Positions 46,639 through 56,414 of a stretch of 61,050 bases of DNA are shown piece after piece (positions within the stretch are counted from its first letter, which is position 1; every line of letters begins with the position of its first letter). Below the pieces are notes generated by a model. It was not told the origin of the DNA and searched no databases. It saw nothing but the letters and a program-made list of their open reading frames with translations. Origin of the DNA: Syntrophaceae bacterium UBA5764. GTDB lineage: Bacteria; Desulfobacterota; Syntrophia; Syntrophales; Smithellaceae. The stretch lies in NCBI GenBank assembly GCA_002418825.1, contig DIEW01000042.1:5527-66576 (forward strand), given 5' to 3'. A program made the translations under genes and the position numbers.

Positions 46639-47694
46639 TTACTTAAGGTGTTTATCTATCTTTACTTCCAAATCTTCTATTTTTTTGACCAGTCGTTCTA
46701 TCGTCGTTTTCATTTCCGGAAGCTTTGTGCGGCAAGCTTCGACTTTAAGCCACTCCTTATAGGGCATTTGAGGCTTGCCGCCAACAATTTTCCCCGCTTC
46801 AACATCTTTATGGATTTTGGAATCCGCCGCAATCATGACTCTATCGCCGACGCTGATATGGCCAACCATGCCTGTCTGACCGCCAACAATTACGCCCCTG
46901 CCCAGCTTTGTGCTGCCGGAAATACCGACCATCGCGGCAAGAACAGAATTTTCGCCAATAACAACATTGTGCGCAATCTGAACCAAGTTATCAATTTTAA
47001 CGTTGCGCCCAATCCATGTTTTCCCCATTGTGGCTCGATCAACCGTACTGTTGGCACCTATCTCCACGTCGTCATCAATCTGCACGAAGCCAATCTGTGG
47101 AATTTTGACGTTCTCTTTTCCCGTCTCTGCAAAACCAAAACCATCCCCACCGATTACAACACCGGAATGTAAAATTACCCGCTTGCCGATTATACAGGAA
47201 TGGTAGATAGCAACGTTGGCATAAATTACTGAATCTTCACCTATTGAAACATTCCGCCCTACGTAAACGCCGGGGTAAATGACAACGCCCTTTTCTATTT
47301 TCGCGCCATGACTGATAAAAGCCCGCGGAAAAATATTGGCCTCTGGCGAAACAATTGCACCTTCTTCTACATAAGCTTCCGGGCTTATACCTCTTTGTTC
47401 GTGTTCCAGCGGATAAAAAAGTTTCAATAGTTTCCCTAAAGCCACATAGGGATCAGAAACCACAACCAGGTTTTTACCGACTATCTCCCTCTGCTGTGGT
47501 GCAATAATGATGGCCGAAGCCCGGGTTGTGTTTATCTGCTTCGCGTATTTTCTGTTGGCAACGAAGGTTATATCACCAACTTTCGCCTCGTCGATCGGGG
47601 CAACGCCGCTGATAACAACGTCAGCAGCGCCGATAACTTCGCCTTCTACAATGCGGGCTATTTCTGCAAGTGTCATCTTCATAAAAACGGGCAC
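46639..47694 (-). CDS. lpxD: UDP-3-O-acylglucosamine N-acyltransferase
   Basis: 351 aa. It has an N-terminal uridine-binding domain (ITFVANRKY), a long hexapeptide-repeat beta-helix and a C-terminal coiled helix. The true start may be a few codons downstream (MKMTLAEIA). Confidence 0.9.
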   Translation of the reverse strand: MPVFMKMTLAEIARIVEGEVIGAADVVISGVAPIDEAKVGDITFVANRKYAKQINTTRASAIIIAPQQREIVGKNLVVVSDPYVALGKLLKLFYPLEHEQRGISPEAYVEEGAIVSPEANIFPRAFISHGAKIEKGVVIYPGVYVGRNVSIGEDSVIYANVAIYHSCIIGKRVILHSGVVIGGDGFGFAETGKENVKIPQIGFVQIDDDVEIGANSTVDRATMGKTWIGRNVKIDNLVQIAHNVVIGENSVLAAMVGISGSTKLGRGVIVGGQTGMVGHISVGDRVMIAADSKIHKDVEAGKIVGGKPQMPYKEWLKVEACRTKLPEMKTTIERLVKKIEDLEVKIDKHLK

Positions 47695-47700
47695 CTAGGG

Positions 47701-48219
47701 TTACTTTGCTTTATTAAATTCCTCAACAACTTTCTTGCTCAGATCATGAGTTTTATCAAAATAAGGTATTACCATCGCCGCCACATCGAGAACCAACGTG
47801 TATTTTTCTTTTTCCGCAACAGTACGCACTATTTTCAATATTTCCGGCATCAATCTCTGCACTATTTCCTGATCCTTTTTCTGCAGCTCTTCATTGGCAT
47901 CATTAACCACCAACTGATAGTCACGCAGTTTTTTCTGGTAATTAGATTCTTTTTCCCTGCGCGCCGCCGCCGTCATTACGGAGCTTTTTCTGTCCAATTC
48001 ATCCTTCAGGTTTTTTAATTCCCTTTCCATAGAAGTAATTTCCGCCTGCCTTCGGTCCGCTATTTTTTTCATTTCTTCACCCGCTTTTTTACCAGCATCG
48101 GAAGTTTGTATTATTTCTCTCATGTTGATAAAACCGATTTTTACTTCAGCGTATGAGCTCACGCTCCACACAAAAAGCAACATGACAACGGCGGCTATCA
48201 CAAAAATATTTTTCTTCAT
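47701..48219 (-). CDS. skp: Periplasmic chaperone Skp (OmpH family)
   Basis: 172 aa with a signal peptide followed by a Lys/Glu-rich coiled-coil. It occupies the canonical position between bamA and lpxD. Confidence 0.85.
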   Translation of the reverse strand: MKKNIFVIAAVVMLLFVWSVSSYAEVKIGFINMREIIQTSDAGKKAGEEMKKIADRRQAEITSMERELKNLKDELDRKSSVMTAAARREKESNYQKKLRDYQLVVNDANEELQKKDQEIVQRLMPEILKIVRTVAEKEKYTLVLDVAAMVIPYFDKTHDLSKKVVEEFNKAK

Positions 48220-48277
48220 AATTTTTAATCTCCTCTATCAATATTAGCGGATAATGTAAGTTTTTATCCGCTTTAAA

Positions 48278-50923
48278 TCACATAAACATGCCAATGGTAA
48301 ATTCCCAGCGTCCTTTTGAATCATCAAGCAAACCCGTTTTGTCGACCACATAACCGTATTCAAGCCTTAAAGGTCCGATGGGTGAATACCAACGGACACC
48401 CGCACCCACAGATTGCCTTAAATCATCAAAACTATATGCTCCGCTATAATTCCAAGCGTTGCCGGCATCATAAAATACAACACCTTTCATTCCAGCGTTC
48501 TTGATCAGTGGGAAAACAAGTTCCACATTAAAAACCATCATAGTCGTCCCGCCAACTACATCGGAAGTTCCACCGTTGGTCGGGCCAACATAACGCAGAC
48601 CACGTATTGTGTTCAGCCCTCCTAAAACATATCTCTCGTAAATTGGAATTCTGCCCGCATCATCATCCAGATTTTGTATATAACCAATCCTACCCTTAGT
48701 CACAAATACCAAATCCCAGAAAAGCGGATAATAAAAGTGGGCACCGGCCGAATATTTTATCAACTTTACATTACCGCCCAAACCCGCGCACTCAACGGAT
48801 GCGCTAGCTTTAACCCCTCTTGTCGGGAATACATTGTCATCCGTCGAATCTCTTACCAAACTGAAAACCACAGCGCTTTTGATCCTCTCTCCCTCCTGGT
48901 CCTTAATCGACTGCGGCGCTGTTATCAAAATATCTCTGACGTCATAAGAGGTCAGGTTGTAACCAGCATAACCGACAACCTTTTCCCAAATAGGGTAACC
49001 AAAAGTAAGACCACCGCCATAAGTATCGAGGTTGTAAGAATCATACTCCTGGCGGTATTTCCAGAGATCGGCTTTAGTCCATAGAGGTATATCAAAAAGC
49101 CATGGCTCGATAAAAGACAATTCGTAGTTATTACTGGTAGAGCCCAAAGATGCCTTAAGGTTCAATATCTGCCCGTAACCCAGAAAATTATTCTGAGAAA
49201 TTTGTGCCATGACTATTGCGCGCTCTTGAGCACTGTAGCCGGCTCCAATCATGAACATACCGGTATTTTTTTCCTTTACCCGGATATTAATATTCATTTT
49301 GTCTTTTTCCGGACTTTTTTCTGTCTGAAAATCAACCTCTTCAAAATATCTTAACCGGTTTAAATTCGCATAACTGTTCTTCACTTTAGAACTGGAATAT
49401 AAGTCTCCTTCTACTATTGCCAACTGGCGGCGGATAACCTTGTCGCGGGTTACGGTATTACCACTTATGGCAATGCGATTAATAAAAACCAGTTCGCCTT
49501 TTATTATCTGGTAATCCACATTGACCGATTGTTCTTCTTCATTTATGTCAATACTGGGAGTTACATCCGCGTAAGCGTAACCTTCGTCATTACAGGCTTG
49601 AATCAAAAAATCTATGTCCTTGACGACTTCCTCACGGTTGTAGTCATTACCTTCCTTTACTTTCAAAGAAGCGAATAAATCACCGCGTGGTCTTTGGAGG
49701 GAATCACCGGAAATATCAATTTTACCAAACTTGAATCTTTTCCCTTCTTTAATTTGAATGGTTATATATAACCACTTTTTATCATATGTTACCTGCGGCT
49801 CCGCCACCTGGGCGTTGATGAAACCATTATTAAAATAATAAGAGTTTATTTTACCGACATCCTGTTTGAGTTGATCACGATTCAATACGCCGTCATCCGT
49901 AATAAAACTCCAAAAACGCCTTTCCGAACTGGTCATCATATTTTTTAATTCTTTAGAAGCAAAGGCCTCGTTACCCTCGAAGGTTATGGATTTGATGTAA
50001 ACACGATCATTTTCCGTGACATTGAAAATTACACGGAAATCCTTTTCTCCATCGCGCTCTATCGTATCGGTAATTTCGGCATTATAATACCCTTTGGTAT
50101 CATAAAGACTCTTAATTTTTTCTATATCCGACTTAATTTTTTCCTGATTTAAATTTTCCCTGGTCTTAATCGTTAGAACTTCCATAATATCTTCTTTGTC
50201 CAACGCTTTATTTCCCTTAATCTGTATATCCGTGATCAAACCTCGCTCCACAACAGTAAAGGTTACCACTTTGCCTTCCGGTGTGGATGCAGCTGAGGCG
50301 CTGACGTCCAGAAAAAATCCCATTTTAAATATAGTTTTGATGTCCGACGTAATGTCTTCTTCATTAAAGGGGTTGCCCTCTTTGCTTTTAATCCGTTGAG
50401 TAATGGCAGAAGATTCGATTTTATTATTCCCTTCAATTTCAATTTTGACTATTTTTTCCACCAATCCCAACCGGGCCAACATTTCCGTTTTTAATTGAAC
50501 AGCAATCTCTCCAAAATTTTCCCATCCCTTGACCTGAACAAAAATAGGGGGGAAAACATCAGCACTTTTTACATCTATGATTTTGACATCAGCGTTGAAT
50601 GATTCGCCAAGCTGGGTTAAACTGCCCATTACAACAAAATCAACCTTTAGTGATTTCCCCGCCTCAACAGCTCTGCGTTCATCAATTTTTTCACCACGGC
50701 GCAAAAAACGGTCTGCAGGTATAATGTGCAACCGTTTCTCCCTGTTAAGTTCCGAGTATATTTTTTGATAAAGTAACTCCTGTATGGCCACCTTATCTCC
50801 TTTGCTGTAAATTTCGAAAGGAAGCACGCTAATTTTTTTAAGATCCTGCGCCGGTGCCGGCATGGAAAACAAAACCAATATAAACAAGCAAACCAAATTA
50901 ACAAGGCGAATAATTTTATTCAT
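48278..50923 (-). CDS. bamA: Outer membrane protein assembly factor BamA with an extra N-terminal domain
   Basis: Five POTRA-like units begin at IVKIEIEGNN, ITDIQIKGNK, IKSITFEGNE, FGKIDISGDS and INRIAISGNT. A C-terminal beta-barrel ends in ...WEFTIGMFM. I place the start at [10 protein letters not shown] (ATG 50923), which overlaps the lolD stop by 8 nt. Confidence 0.9.
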   Translation of the reverse strand: MNKIIRLVNLVCLFILVLFSMPAPAQDLKKISVLPFEIYSKGDKVAIQELLYQKIYSELNREKRLHIIPADRFLRRGEKIDERRAVEAGKSLKVDFVVMGSLTQLGESFNADVKIIDVKSADVFPPIFVQVKGWENFGEIAVQLKTEMLARLGLVEKIVKIEIEGNNKIESSAITQRIKSKEGNPFNEEDITSDIKTIFKMGFFLDVSASAASTPEGKVVTFTVVERGLITDIQIKGNKALDKEDIMEVLTIKTRENLNQEKIKSDIEKIKSLYDTKGYYNAEITDTIERDGEKDFRVIFNVTENDRVYIKSITFEGNEAFASKELKNMMTSSERRFWSFITDDGVLNRDQLKQDVGKINSYYFNNGFINAQVAEPQVTYDKKWLYITIQIKEGKRFKFGKIDISGDSLQRPRGDLFASLKVKEGNDYNREEVVKDIDFLIQACNDEGYAYADVTPSIDINEEEQSVNVDYQIIKGELVFINRIAISGNTVTRDKVIRRQLAIVEGDLYSSSKVKNSYANLNRLRYFEEVDFQTEKSPEKDKMNINIRVKEKNTGMFMIGAGYSAQERAIVMAQISQNNFLGYGQILNLKASLGSTSNNYELSFIEPWLFDIPLWTKADLWKYRQEYDSYNLDTYGGGLTFGYPIWEKVVGYAGYNLTSYDVRDILITAPQSIKDQEGERIKSAVVFSLVRDSTDDNVFPTRGVKASASVECAGLGGNVKLIKYSAGAHFYYPLFWDLVFVTKGRIGYIQNLDDDAGRIPIYERYVLGGLNTIRGLRYVGPTNGGTSDVVGGTTMMVFNVELVFPLIKNAGMKGVVFYDAGNAWNYSGAYSFDDLRQSVGAGVRWYSPIGPLRLEYGYVVDKTGLLDDSKGRWEFTIGMFM

Positions 50924-51611
50924 AATTATAAATTTTCCCGTCACGCAATCCAATTATGCGTGACATCCTTTCTGCCAGTAATTTGTTATGTGTTACAACA
51001 ACCAGAGTAATCTTTCTTGTTACGTTTAAATTTATCAAAACATCTTCTATCTTCTTTCCCGTATCCGTGTCAAGATTTCCCGTCGGCTCATCCGCCAGAA
51101 GTATTTCCGGCTCCATTATCAGCGCGCGGGCAATTGCTACCCGCTGTTGCTCACCGCCGGAAAGCTCTCCAGGTTTATGCTTTATTCTGTGCCCCAAGCC
51201 AAGCTCTTCCAATAGCTCGGTTGCCCTGAAAGAAGCTTGCTTGGCAGACATGCCACTGATTAAGGCCGGCATCATAATGTTTTCCAGCGCATCGAATTCC
51301 GGAAGTAAATTATTAAACTGAAAGACAAACCCAATAGTCGCATTGCGGAAGCGCGCCATCGTTTTTTCATCCCATTCAAAAATATTCAAGTCGTTAATAT
51401 ATAAAGCGCCATCTGTCGGGTGATCCAGCGTACCCAGAATATGAATAAGCGTACTTTTGCCGGCGCCGGAAACACCAACAATCGCCAAAGATTCACCCCT
51501 GGCAATTTTCAAATTAAGGCCGCGTAAAACTTCTATCCTGTTGCCGTCCTTAAGAAATGTTTTTGATAAATTTTTCAGTTCAATCATTTTCGCCTTTGCG
51601 CCACCCGTCAC
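50916..51611 (-). CDS. lolD: Lipoprotein-releasing system ATP-binding protein (LolD/MacB-type ABC ATPase)
   Basis: 231 aa. [25 protein letters not shown] and [11 protein letters not shown]. It is paired with a LolC/E-type permease. Confidence 0.75.
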   Translation of the reverse strand: MTGGAKAKMIELKNLSKTFLKDGNRIEVLRGLNLKIARGESLAIVGVSGAGKSTLIHILGTLDHPTDGALYINDLNIFEWDEKTMARFRNATIGFVFQFNNLLPEFDALENIMMPALISGMSAKQASFRATELLEELGLGHRIKHKPGELSGGEQQRVAIARALIMEPEILLADEPTGNLDTDTGKKIEDVLINLNVTRKITLVVVTHNKLLAERMSRIIGLRDGKIYNYE

Positions 51612-52891
51612 TCATACCTCAATGCTTCCGCAGGATCCAAACGCGACGCCCTCAACGAGGGGTAAATTGTGGAAAAAAAACAAATCAGCATCGTGCCCAC
51701 AACAATAATTACCACGTCAAGATAATTAACTTGCGAGGGAAGTTCGCTCAAATAATAAACATCACCAGGCAAGATCTGAAAATTAAAAACTTTTTCTACA
51801 AAAAGAGAAACTTTCTGCAAATTAAGAGCTACGGCAAGACCGGCAATGCAACCCAAAAACGTTCCGATTAAACCGGCTACCAATCCTTGATAAATGAATA
51901 TTTTCATAATACTAAAAGACGTTGCCCCCATAGACTTCAGAATCGCAATGTCTTTGTTTTTTTCCATGACAATCATAATCAGTGCGCTGATGATATTAAA
52001 TGCCGCGACCAAGACGATCAGGCTTAGAATAATAAACATGACACGACGTTCCAGTTTGAGTGCAGCAAAAAGATTTCGATTCGTCTGCATCCAGTTGTTC
52101 GCCCAAAAGGGAAAACCAAGCTTGCTTTGAATATTGTGTGCAATCACATCAGCCTTATAAATGTCATCAACGACAATATCTATCCCGGTGACGGTATCAC
52201 CCATCTGCAAAAAATCCTGAGCATTTTTCAGCGATAAAAAAACCAGTGTCGAATCATACTCGTAAAAACCAGACTCAAAAATACCGACGACGATAAATTT
52301 GCTCATGCGCGGCATCATCCCCATCGGCGTGGAAATACCTACAGGAGAAATAATGGTAATTGTATCCAAGAGGAAAATACCAAAATTACGGGCCATTTCC
52401 TTGCCAATCACAATACCGCCAAAGTGGGCGTTTTCTCGAGGTATCTTTTCTAAAATCCCGGGAGGAATTTTATCAAGATATTCGATTTCGCCTTCCCTCA
52501 TTTTCCCCAGTTTAATGACTTGAGAGGCGCTTTTTGTATCCAGCCCGCGAATAACCACGCCGCTCACACTGTTACCGCTGCGAATCATCGCCTGAGAATA
52601 GATAAAGGGGGTCGAAGCAACAACACCTTCCACGCCCGCAATAATTTTACGAACCTCCTGGTAGTTTCTCATTGAGCCATTTACATCAGCCATAACTTCA
52701 ATGTGTGATTTAATTCCCAAAATTTTCGTGCGTAAATCTTTTTCAAAGCCGTTCATCACCGCCAGAACGATGATCAATGCGGCCACACCCAAAAAAATAC
52801 CCAATATCGATATAAACGTAATTATAGACACAAATACCTGTTTACGTTTGGCCTTCAGATAGCGTTTACTTATGAAAAATTCGTAACCCAT
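51608..52891 (-). CDS. lolC: Lipoprotein-releasing system permease (LolC/LolE family; only one permease gene present)
   Basis: 427 aa. The layout is an N-terminal TM helix, a large periplasmic domain and a C-terminal FtsX-type 3-TM bundle. It overlaps lolD by 4 nt. Confidence 0.75.
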   Translation of the reverse strand: MGYEFFISKRYLKAKRKQVFVSIITFISILGIFLGVAALIIVLAVMNGFEKDLRTKILGIKSHIEVMADVNGSMRNYQEVRKIIAGVEGVVASTPFIYSQAMIRSGNSVSGVVIRGLDTKSASQVIKLGKMREGEIEYLDKIPPGILEKIPRENAHFGGIVIGKEMARNFGIFLLDTITIISPVGISTPMGMMPRMSKFIVVGIFESGFYEYDSTLVFLSLKNAQDFLQMGDTVTGIDIVVDDIYKADVIAHNIQSKLGFPFWANNWMQTNRNLFAALKLERRVMFIILSLIVLVAAFNIISALIMIVMEKNKDIAILKSMGATSFSIMKIFIYQGLVAGLIGTFLGCIAGLAVALNLQKVSLFVEKVFNFQILPGDVYYLSELPSQVNYLDVVIIVVGTMLICFFSTIYPSLRASRLDPAEALRYE

Positions 52892-52952
52892 TAATACTTA
52901 TCCTATTGTCGTTAAACGACTCGCTGTGCTTTTCTGCCGGATAAAAATCATT

Positions 52953-54434
52953 CTATTCCGCTTTTGTTCTCAGCAGGGGAAATAAAATAACGTCTCGAAT
53001 AGAAGCAGAATTGGTAAACAACATAACCAGGCGATCGATACCGATACCTTCCCCTGCGGTGGGGGGCATGGCGCATTCCAATGTCTTGATGTAATCTTCA
53101 TCCATTTCATGCGCTTCTTCGTCGCCTGTTTCTCTTTCTTTCAACTGTTGTTCAAATCTTTCCCTCTGGTCGGCGGGATCGTTGAGTTCCGAAAAGGCGT
53201 TGGCAATTTCTTTACCGTAAATATAAAGTTCAAAACGATCAGTGAAATTACCATCAGTGGATGAACGACGCGAAAGAGGGGATACCTCTACAGGATATTG
53301 AGTGACAAAGGTGGGTTGGATTAGTTTCCTTTCCACAAGTTCATCAAAAATAGCCATCAGGATTTTGCCAAAAGAATCCGAGTCTTTAACTTCACAACCA
53401 GCCTTATGCGCATGAGCAAGAGCTTCGGAATGGTTTTCCAGGGCCTCTTTTGTCATGCCTCCAAACTGCACCAAGGCGTCCTTGACGGATATGCGCCGCC
53501 ACGGCGGTGTCAGATCAATCTCTTCTCCCAGATAAGTAAATTTAAGCCCGCCGAAAATATCTGCGGCAATATTCGTAAAAAGCTCCTCGGTAAAAGACAT
53601 CAAATCCTCATATGTTGCGTAGGCCCAATAAAATTCCAGCATGGTAAATTCCGGATTATGAAAAGTGGAAATGCCCTCGTTACGAAAATTTTTATTTATT
53701 TCGTAAACTCTTTCCATTCCACCTGTAACCAGTCTCTTCAAATACAGTTCGGGGGCAATACGCAGATAAAAATCCATATCCAAGGCGTTGTGATGAGTTT
53801 TAAATGGGCGGGCCATCGCTCCCCCGGCACGCGGCTGCATCATCGGAGTTTCCACTTCCAGAAAATCGTTTCTATTCATAAAATCCCTGATATGTTGAAT
53901 AATACGGCTGCGGCGATAAAAGATTTCTTTCACTTTGGGATTAGTAATCAAATCCAAGTGTCGCTGGCGGTATCTGGTTTCAATATCTGTAAGGCCATGC
54001 CATTTCTCCGGTAACGGCCTGATTGCTTTGGCGGCTAAACGCAAATCAAAAACTTCAATGGTTAATTCGTTGGTTTTCGTACGGAATAATTTCCCTGAAA
54101 CGTAGATGATATCACCTATATCTAGCTTCCTAAATACAAAATAAGCCATGTCCTTCAAATTATTTCTGGCTATATAGCATTGAATTTGGCTTTTGCGGTC
54201 CTGAACTTTAATAAAAGCGGCCTTGCCAAAATCACGTACGGCCATCAAGCGACCGGCGACGGAAAAATTTCTGTTCAGTTCCGCCAAAGTTTCGCTTTTG
54301 GCCATACCGTATTTTTCCAATATTTCTGCTGTCGTATTTTGAGGTTTGATATCGTTAGGATACAAATCGATTCCGGCGGCCTTCAAGGCCGCAATTTTTT
54401 CTAAACGAACCTTTAAAAGTTCATTATCTTCCAT
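52953..54434 (-). CDS. lysS: Lysine--tRNA ligase, class II
   Basis: 493 aa. OB-fold N-terminal domain and class II motifs (FLEVETPMM; FRNEGIS; GEGIGIDRLVMLFT). Confidence 0.95.
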   Translation of the reverse strand: MEDNELLKVRLEKIAALKAAGIDLYPNDIKPQNTTAEILEKYGMAKSETLAELNRNFSVAGRLMAVRDFGKAAFIKVQDRKSQIQCYIARNNLKDMAYFVFRKLDIGDIIYVSGKLFRTKTNELTIEVFDLRLAAKAIRPLPEKWHGLTDIETRYRQRHLDLITNPKVKEIFYRRSRIIQHIRDFMNRNDFLEVETPMMQPRAGGAMARPFKTHHNALDMDFYLRIAPELYLKRLVTGGMERVYEINKNFRNEGISTFHNPEFTMLEFYWAYATYEDLMSFTEELFTNIAADIFGGLKFTYLGEEIDLTPPWRRISVKDALVQFGGMTKEALENHSEALAHAHKAGCEVKDSDSFGKILMAIFDELVERKLIQPTFVTQYPVEVSPLSRRSSTDGNFTDRFELYIYGKEIANAFSELNDPADQRERFEQQLKERETGDEEAHEMDEDYIKTLECAMPPTAGEGIGIDRLVMLFTNSASIRDVILFPLLRTKAE

Positions 54435-54604
54435 AATTTCCCCGCTTTTTTTAAAACGTTTTTGATTATATTTTTTTCATCAAATAGTCAAGCCTTGATT
54501 ATATGAAGATTGACAAGAACAGCTTAAAAATCGCAAAATTAGTTTGCTACCCAAAGAAATGTTATGTATGATAGTATAATATTAATTTTGATGAGGAGGG
54601 GGAA

Positions 54605-55012
54605 ATGGTAAATAAAGTAATATTGATTGGCCGCCTGGGCAAAGATCCCGAAGTAAGGTATACACCAGATGGCACTATGGTTACAAACTTCAACTTAGCC
54701 ACTGATGAACAATGGAGGGATAAAAATGGAGAAAAAGTTCAGAAAACAGAGTGGCACAGGATAGTGACCTTTGGTAAACTGGCGGAAATATGTGGAAATT
54801 ACTTGGTGAAGGGAAAGCTGGTATTCGTGGAAGGACGGATTCAAACGCGTTCATGGGAAGATAAGGACGGTATCAAGCGCTTTACCACGGAAATAATCGC
54901 GTCCAATATGCAAATGCTCGATTCCAAGGGTCAAGGCAAATCTACAGATGATTTACCTGCAGATAACTCAGCCGCAGGTACGGACATACCGACGGATGAT
55001 GTTCCTTTTTAA
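54605..55012 (+). CDS. ssb: Single-stranded DNA-binding protein
   Basis: 135 aa. [23 protein letters not shown], then the TEWHRIV OB-fold and an acidic tail ending DDVPF. The RBS is GAGGAGGGGG. Confidence 0.95.
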   Translation: MVNKVILIGRLGKDPEVRYTPDGTMVTNFNLATDEQWRDKNGEKVQKTEWHRIVTFGKLAEICGNYLVKGKLVFVEGRIQTRSWEDKDGIKRFTTEIIASNMQMLDSKGQGKSTDDLPADNSAAGTDIPTDDVPF

Positions 55013-55048
55013 AAAAAGGAACAGAAAGCTCATAAGCTTTCTGTTCCT
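55005..55048 (-). terminator. Strong intrinsic terminator for rodZ-tatA, which also abuts the ssb stop
   Basis: AGGAACAGAAAGCT-cata-AGCTTTCTGTTCCT forms a 14-bp perfect stem (55017-55048). On the minus strand it is followed by TTTTTTAAAAAG. It lies between the convergent tatA and ssb genes. Confidence 0.8.
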
Positions 55049-55158
55049 CTCCTTGAGTAATTTTTCTTAAAAAAATTATCCGCTTCATGACAAGAGGGAA
55101 AAAGAACACCCCTAATTAATAGGGGCTAATTTTAGACTCACTCCCTTACAAGAAAAAT

Positions 55159-55344
55159 TTATTTTTTATCTTTTTCTTTGTTTACAGTTTCGTCGGTTAT
55201 CTCTTTTTCATTCATTGATTTTTTAAAATTTTTAATTCCCTTGCCAATTGCCGAACCTATTTCCGGCAGTTTTCCAACGCCGAAAATAATCAGAATAATT
55301 ACCAAGATTATCAGTAATTCAGGCATTCCTATCGGACCTAACAT
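55159..55344 (-). CDS. tatA: Sec-independent (Tat) translocase subunit TatA/E
   Basis: 61 aa. The sequence [42 protein letters not shown] shows the TM helix, FG hinge and amphipathic helix. Confidence 0.9.
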   Translation of the reverse strand: MLGPIGMPELLIILVIILIIFGVGKLPEIGSAIGKGIKNFKKSMNEKEITDETVNKEKDKK

Positions 55345-55373
55345 AACATTACCTCATAATTATTTGATTTATA

Positions 55374-56261
55374 TTACGGTAACCGTAAGCTGATTACCTC
55401 CCCGGGTTTCCCCAAATTTTCTATCTTTTCTCCCTTAAAATGAATCACTATACCACCCGCATTGCCAATATCCATGTTGAAAACAACCGCTTTATATTCA
55501 ACCTCTTGTCCCGGTTTCAACAAGATTTGAAAAGTTGGGTTCTGATCAAGTCTCATTCTTATCCATGTTTCTTCAATGGCTTTAATCACCAGGCGGCTAG
55601 TTTTTACTTCATTAACCGTTTGTGGAACATTGCCGGTGGAACCCCCCGTTGCTTTGGGGGAGATAATTTTGGCCGCTGGTACTGTTGTAGACTGCGCCTG
55701 CTCGTATGCCAGCTCGGCGGCGGCTTTTATTTGTTCTTCCTCCGCACCTGGAGAAGCAACTTTATCTACTTTCTGTTCCACGGTAATATCCTTTTTTTCG
55801 GAGGCAACATTAATGCTTGTTTCCATTGCCGCTCTATCAATACCCGCTTCTGAAGAGGGTCGATACTGCATAGGTACCAGTTTCATGACAACAAACATGA
55901 TAAGCAAAATCAAAACGATTCCCAAAAAAATGCCATAGCGACTAATAACCGCAGGTGAGAATTTGTGTCCTACATCTTCTTCATGCGGGACATCTTCCAA
56001 AATTTTCAGAGAATGGAGGTAGTTTTCATATCGGCCTAAAATTGATTTCTCTTCCATGCCTAAAGCGTGGGCGTAGATTCTAATAAAATTCTTGGCATAC
56101 GGAGGTTCCGGCAACAAGCTGAATTCATCATTTTCTATAGCCTGAAGGTAGTGCACACTAATACGTGTTCGTTCAAAAACATCCTTCAAAGAAAGGCCCA
56201 TCGCCTCCCTTTTTGCCTTTAAACCATTAAAATCATTATCAGAATTAATATCCACAACCAT
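55374..56261 (-). CDS. rodZ: RodZ-like cytoskeleton-associated protein (HTH, single TM helix, DUF4115)
   Basis: 295 aa. N-terminal XRE-type HTH (LSLKDVFERTRISVHYLQAIE), a central TM helix (IFLGIVLILLIMFVV) and a C-terminal beta-rich domain. Confidence 0.65.
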   Translation of the reverse strand: MVVDINSDNDFNGLKAKREAMGLSLKDVFERTRISVHYLQAIENDEFSLLPEPPYAKNFIRIYAHALGMEEKSILGRYENYLHSLKILEDVPHEEDVGHKFSPAVISRYGIFLGIVLILLIMFVVMKLVPMQYRPSSEAGIDRAAMETSINVASEKKDITVEQKVDKVASPGAEEEQIKAAAELAYEQAQSTTVPAAKIISPKATGGSTGNVPQTVNEVKTSRLVIKAIEETWIRMRLDQNPTFQILLKPGQEVEYKAVVFNMDIGNAGGIVIHFKGEKIENLGKPGEVISLRLP

Positions 56262-56414
56262 ACAAAAAATCGCGCCTGTTTTTTATTTTTCATTACCACT
56301 TATTTTTCTGCCATGCAATCCTTATTAAGACAATCAAACAGATAAATTTTATTGCTTTATATTTACCGTATTTTTTACTAATTATGTTTTTCCAATATAA
56401 GAAGGTGTTTCCCA

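Noticed and set aside
46076-47206. Long antisense ORFs (169, 174 and 67 aa) inside lpxA and lpxD
   Set aside because: Hexapeptide-repeat (left-handed beta-helix) genes have periodic codon composition that keeps the opposite strand open. The products are repetitive and low-complexity, and lpxA/lpxD are unambiguous.
53406-54014. 202-aa plus-strand ORF inside lysS. Similar cases are 31705-32235 inside the MBOAT gene and 4815-5797 inside cysNC.
   Set aside because: Each is fully embedded antisense in a strongly supported conserved gene, with no RBS and no recognisable domain. I treat them as shadow ORFs.
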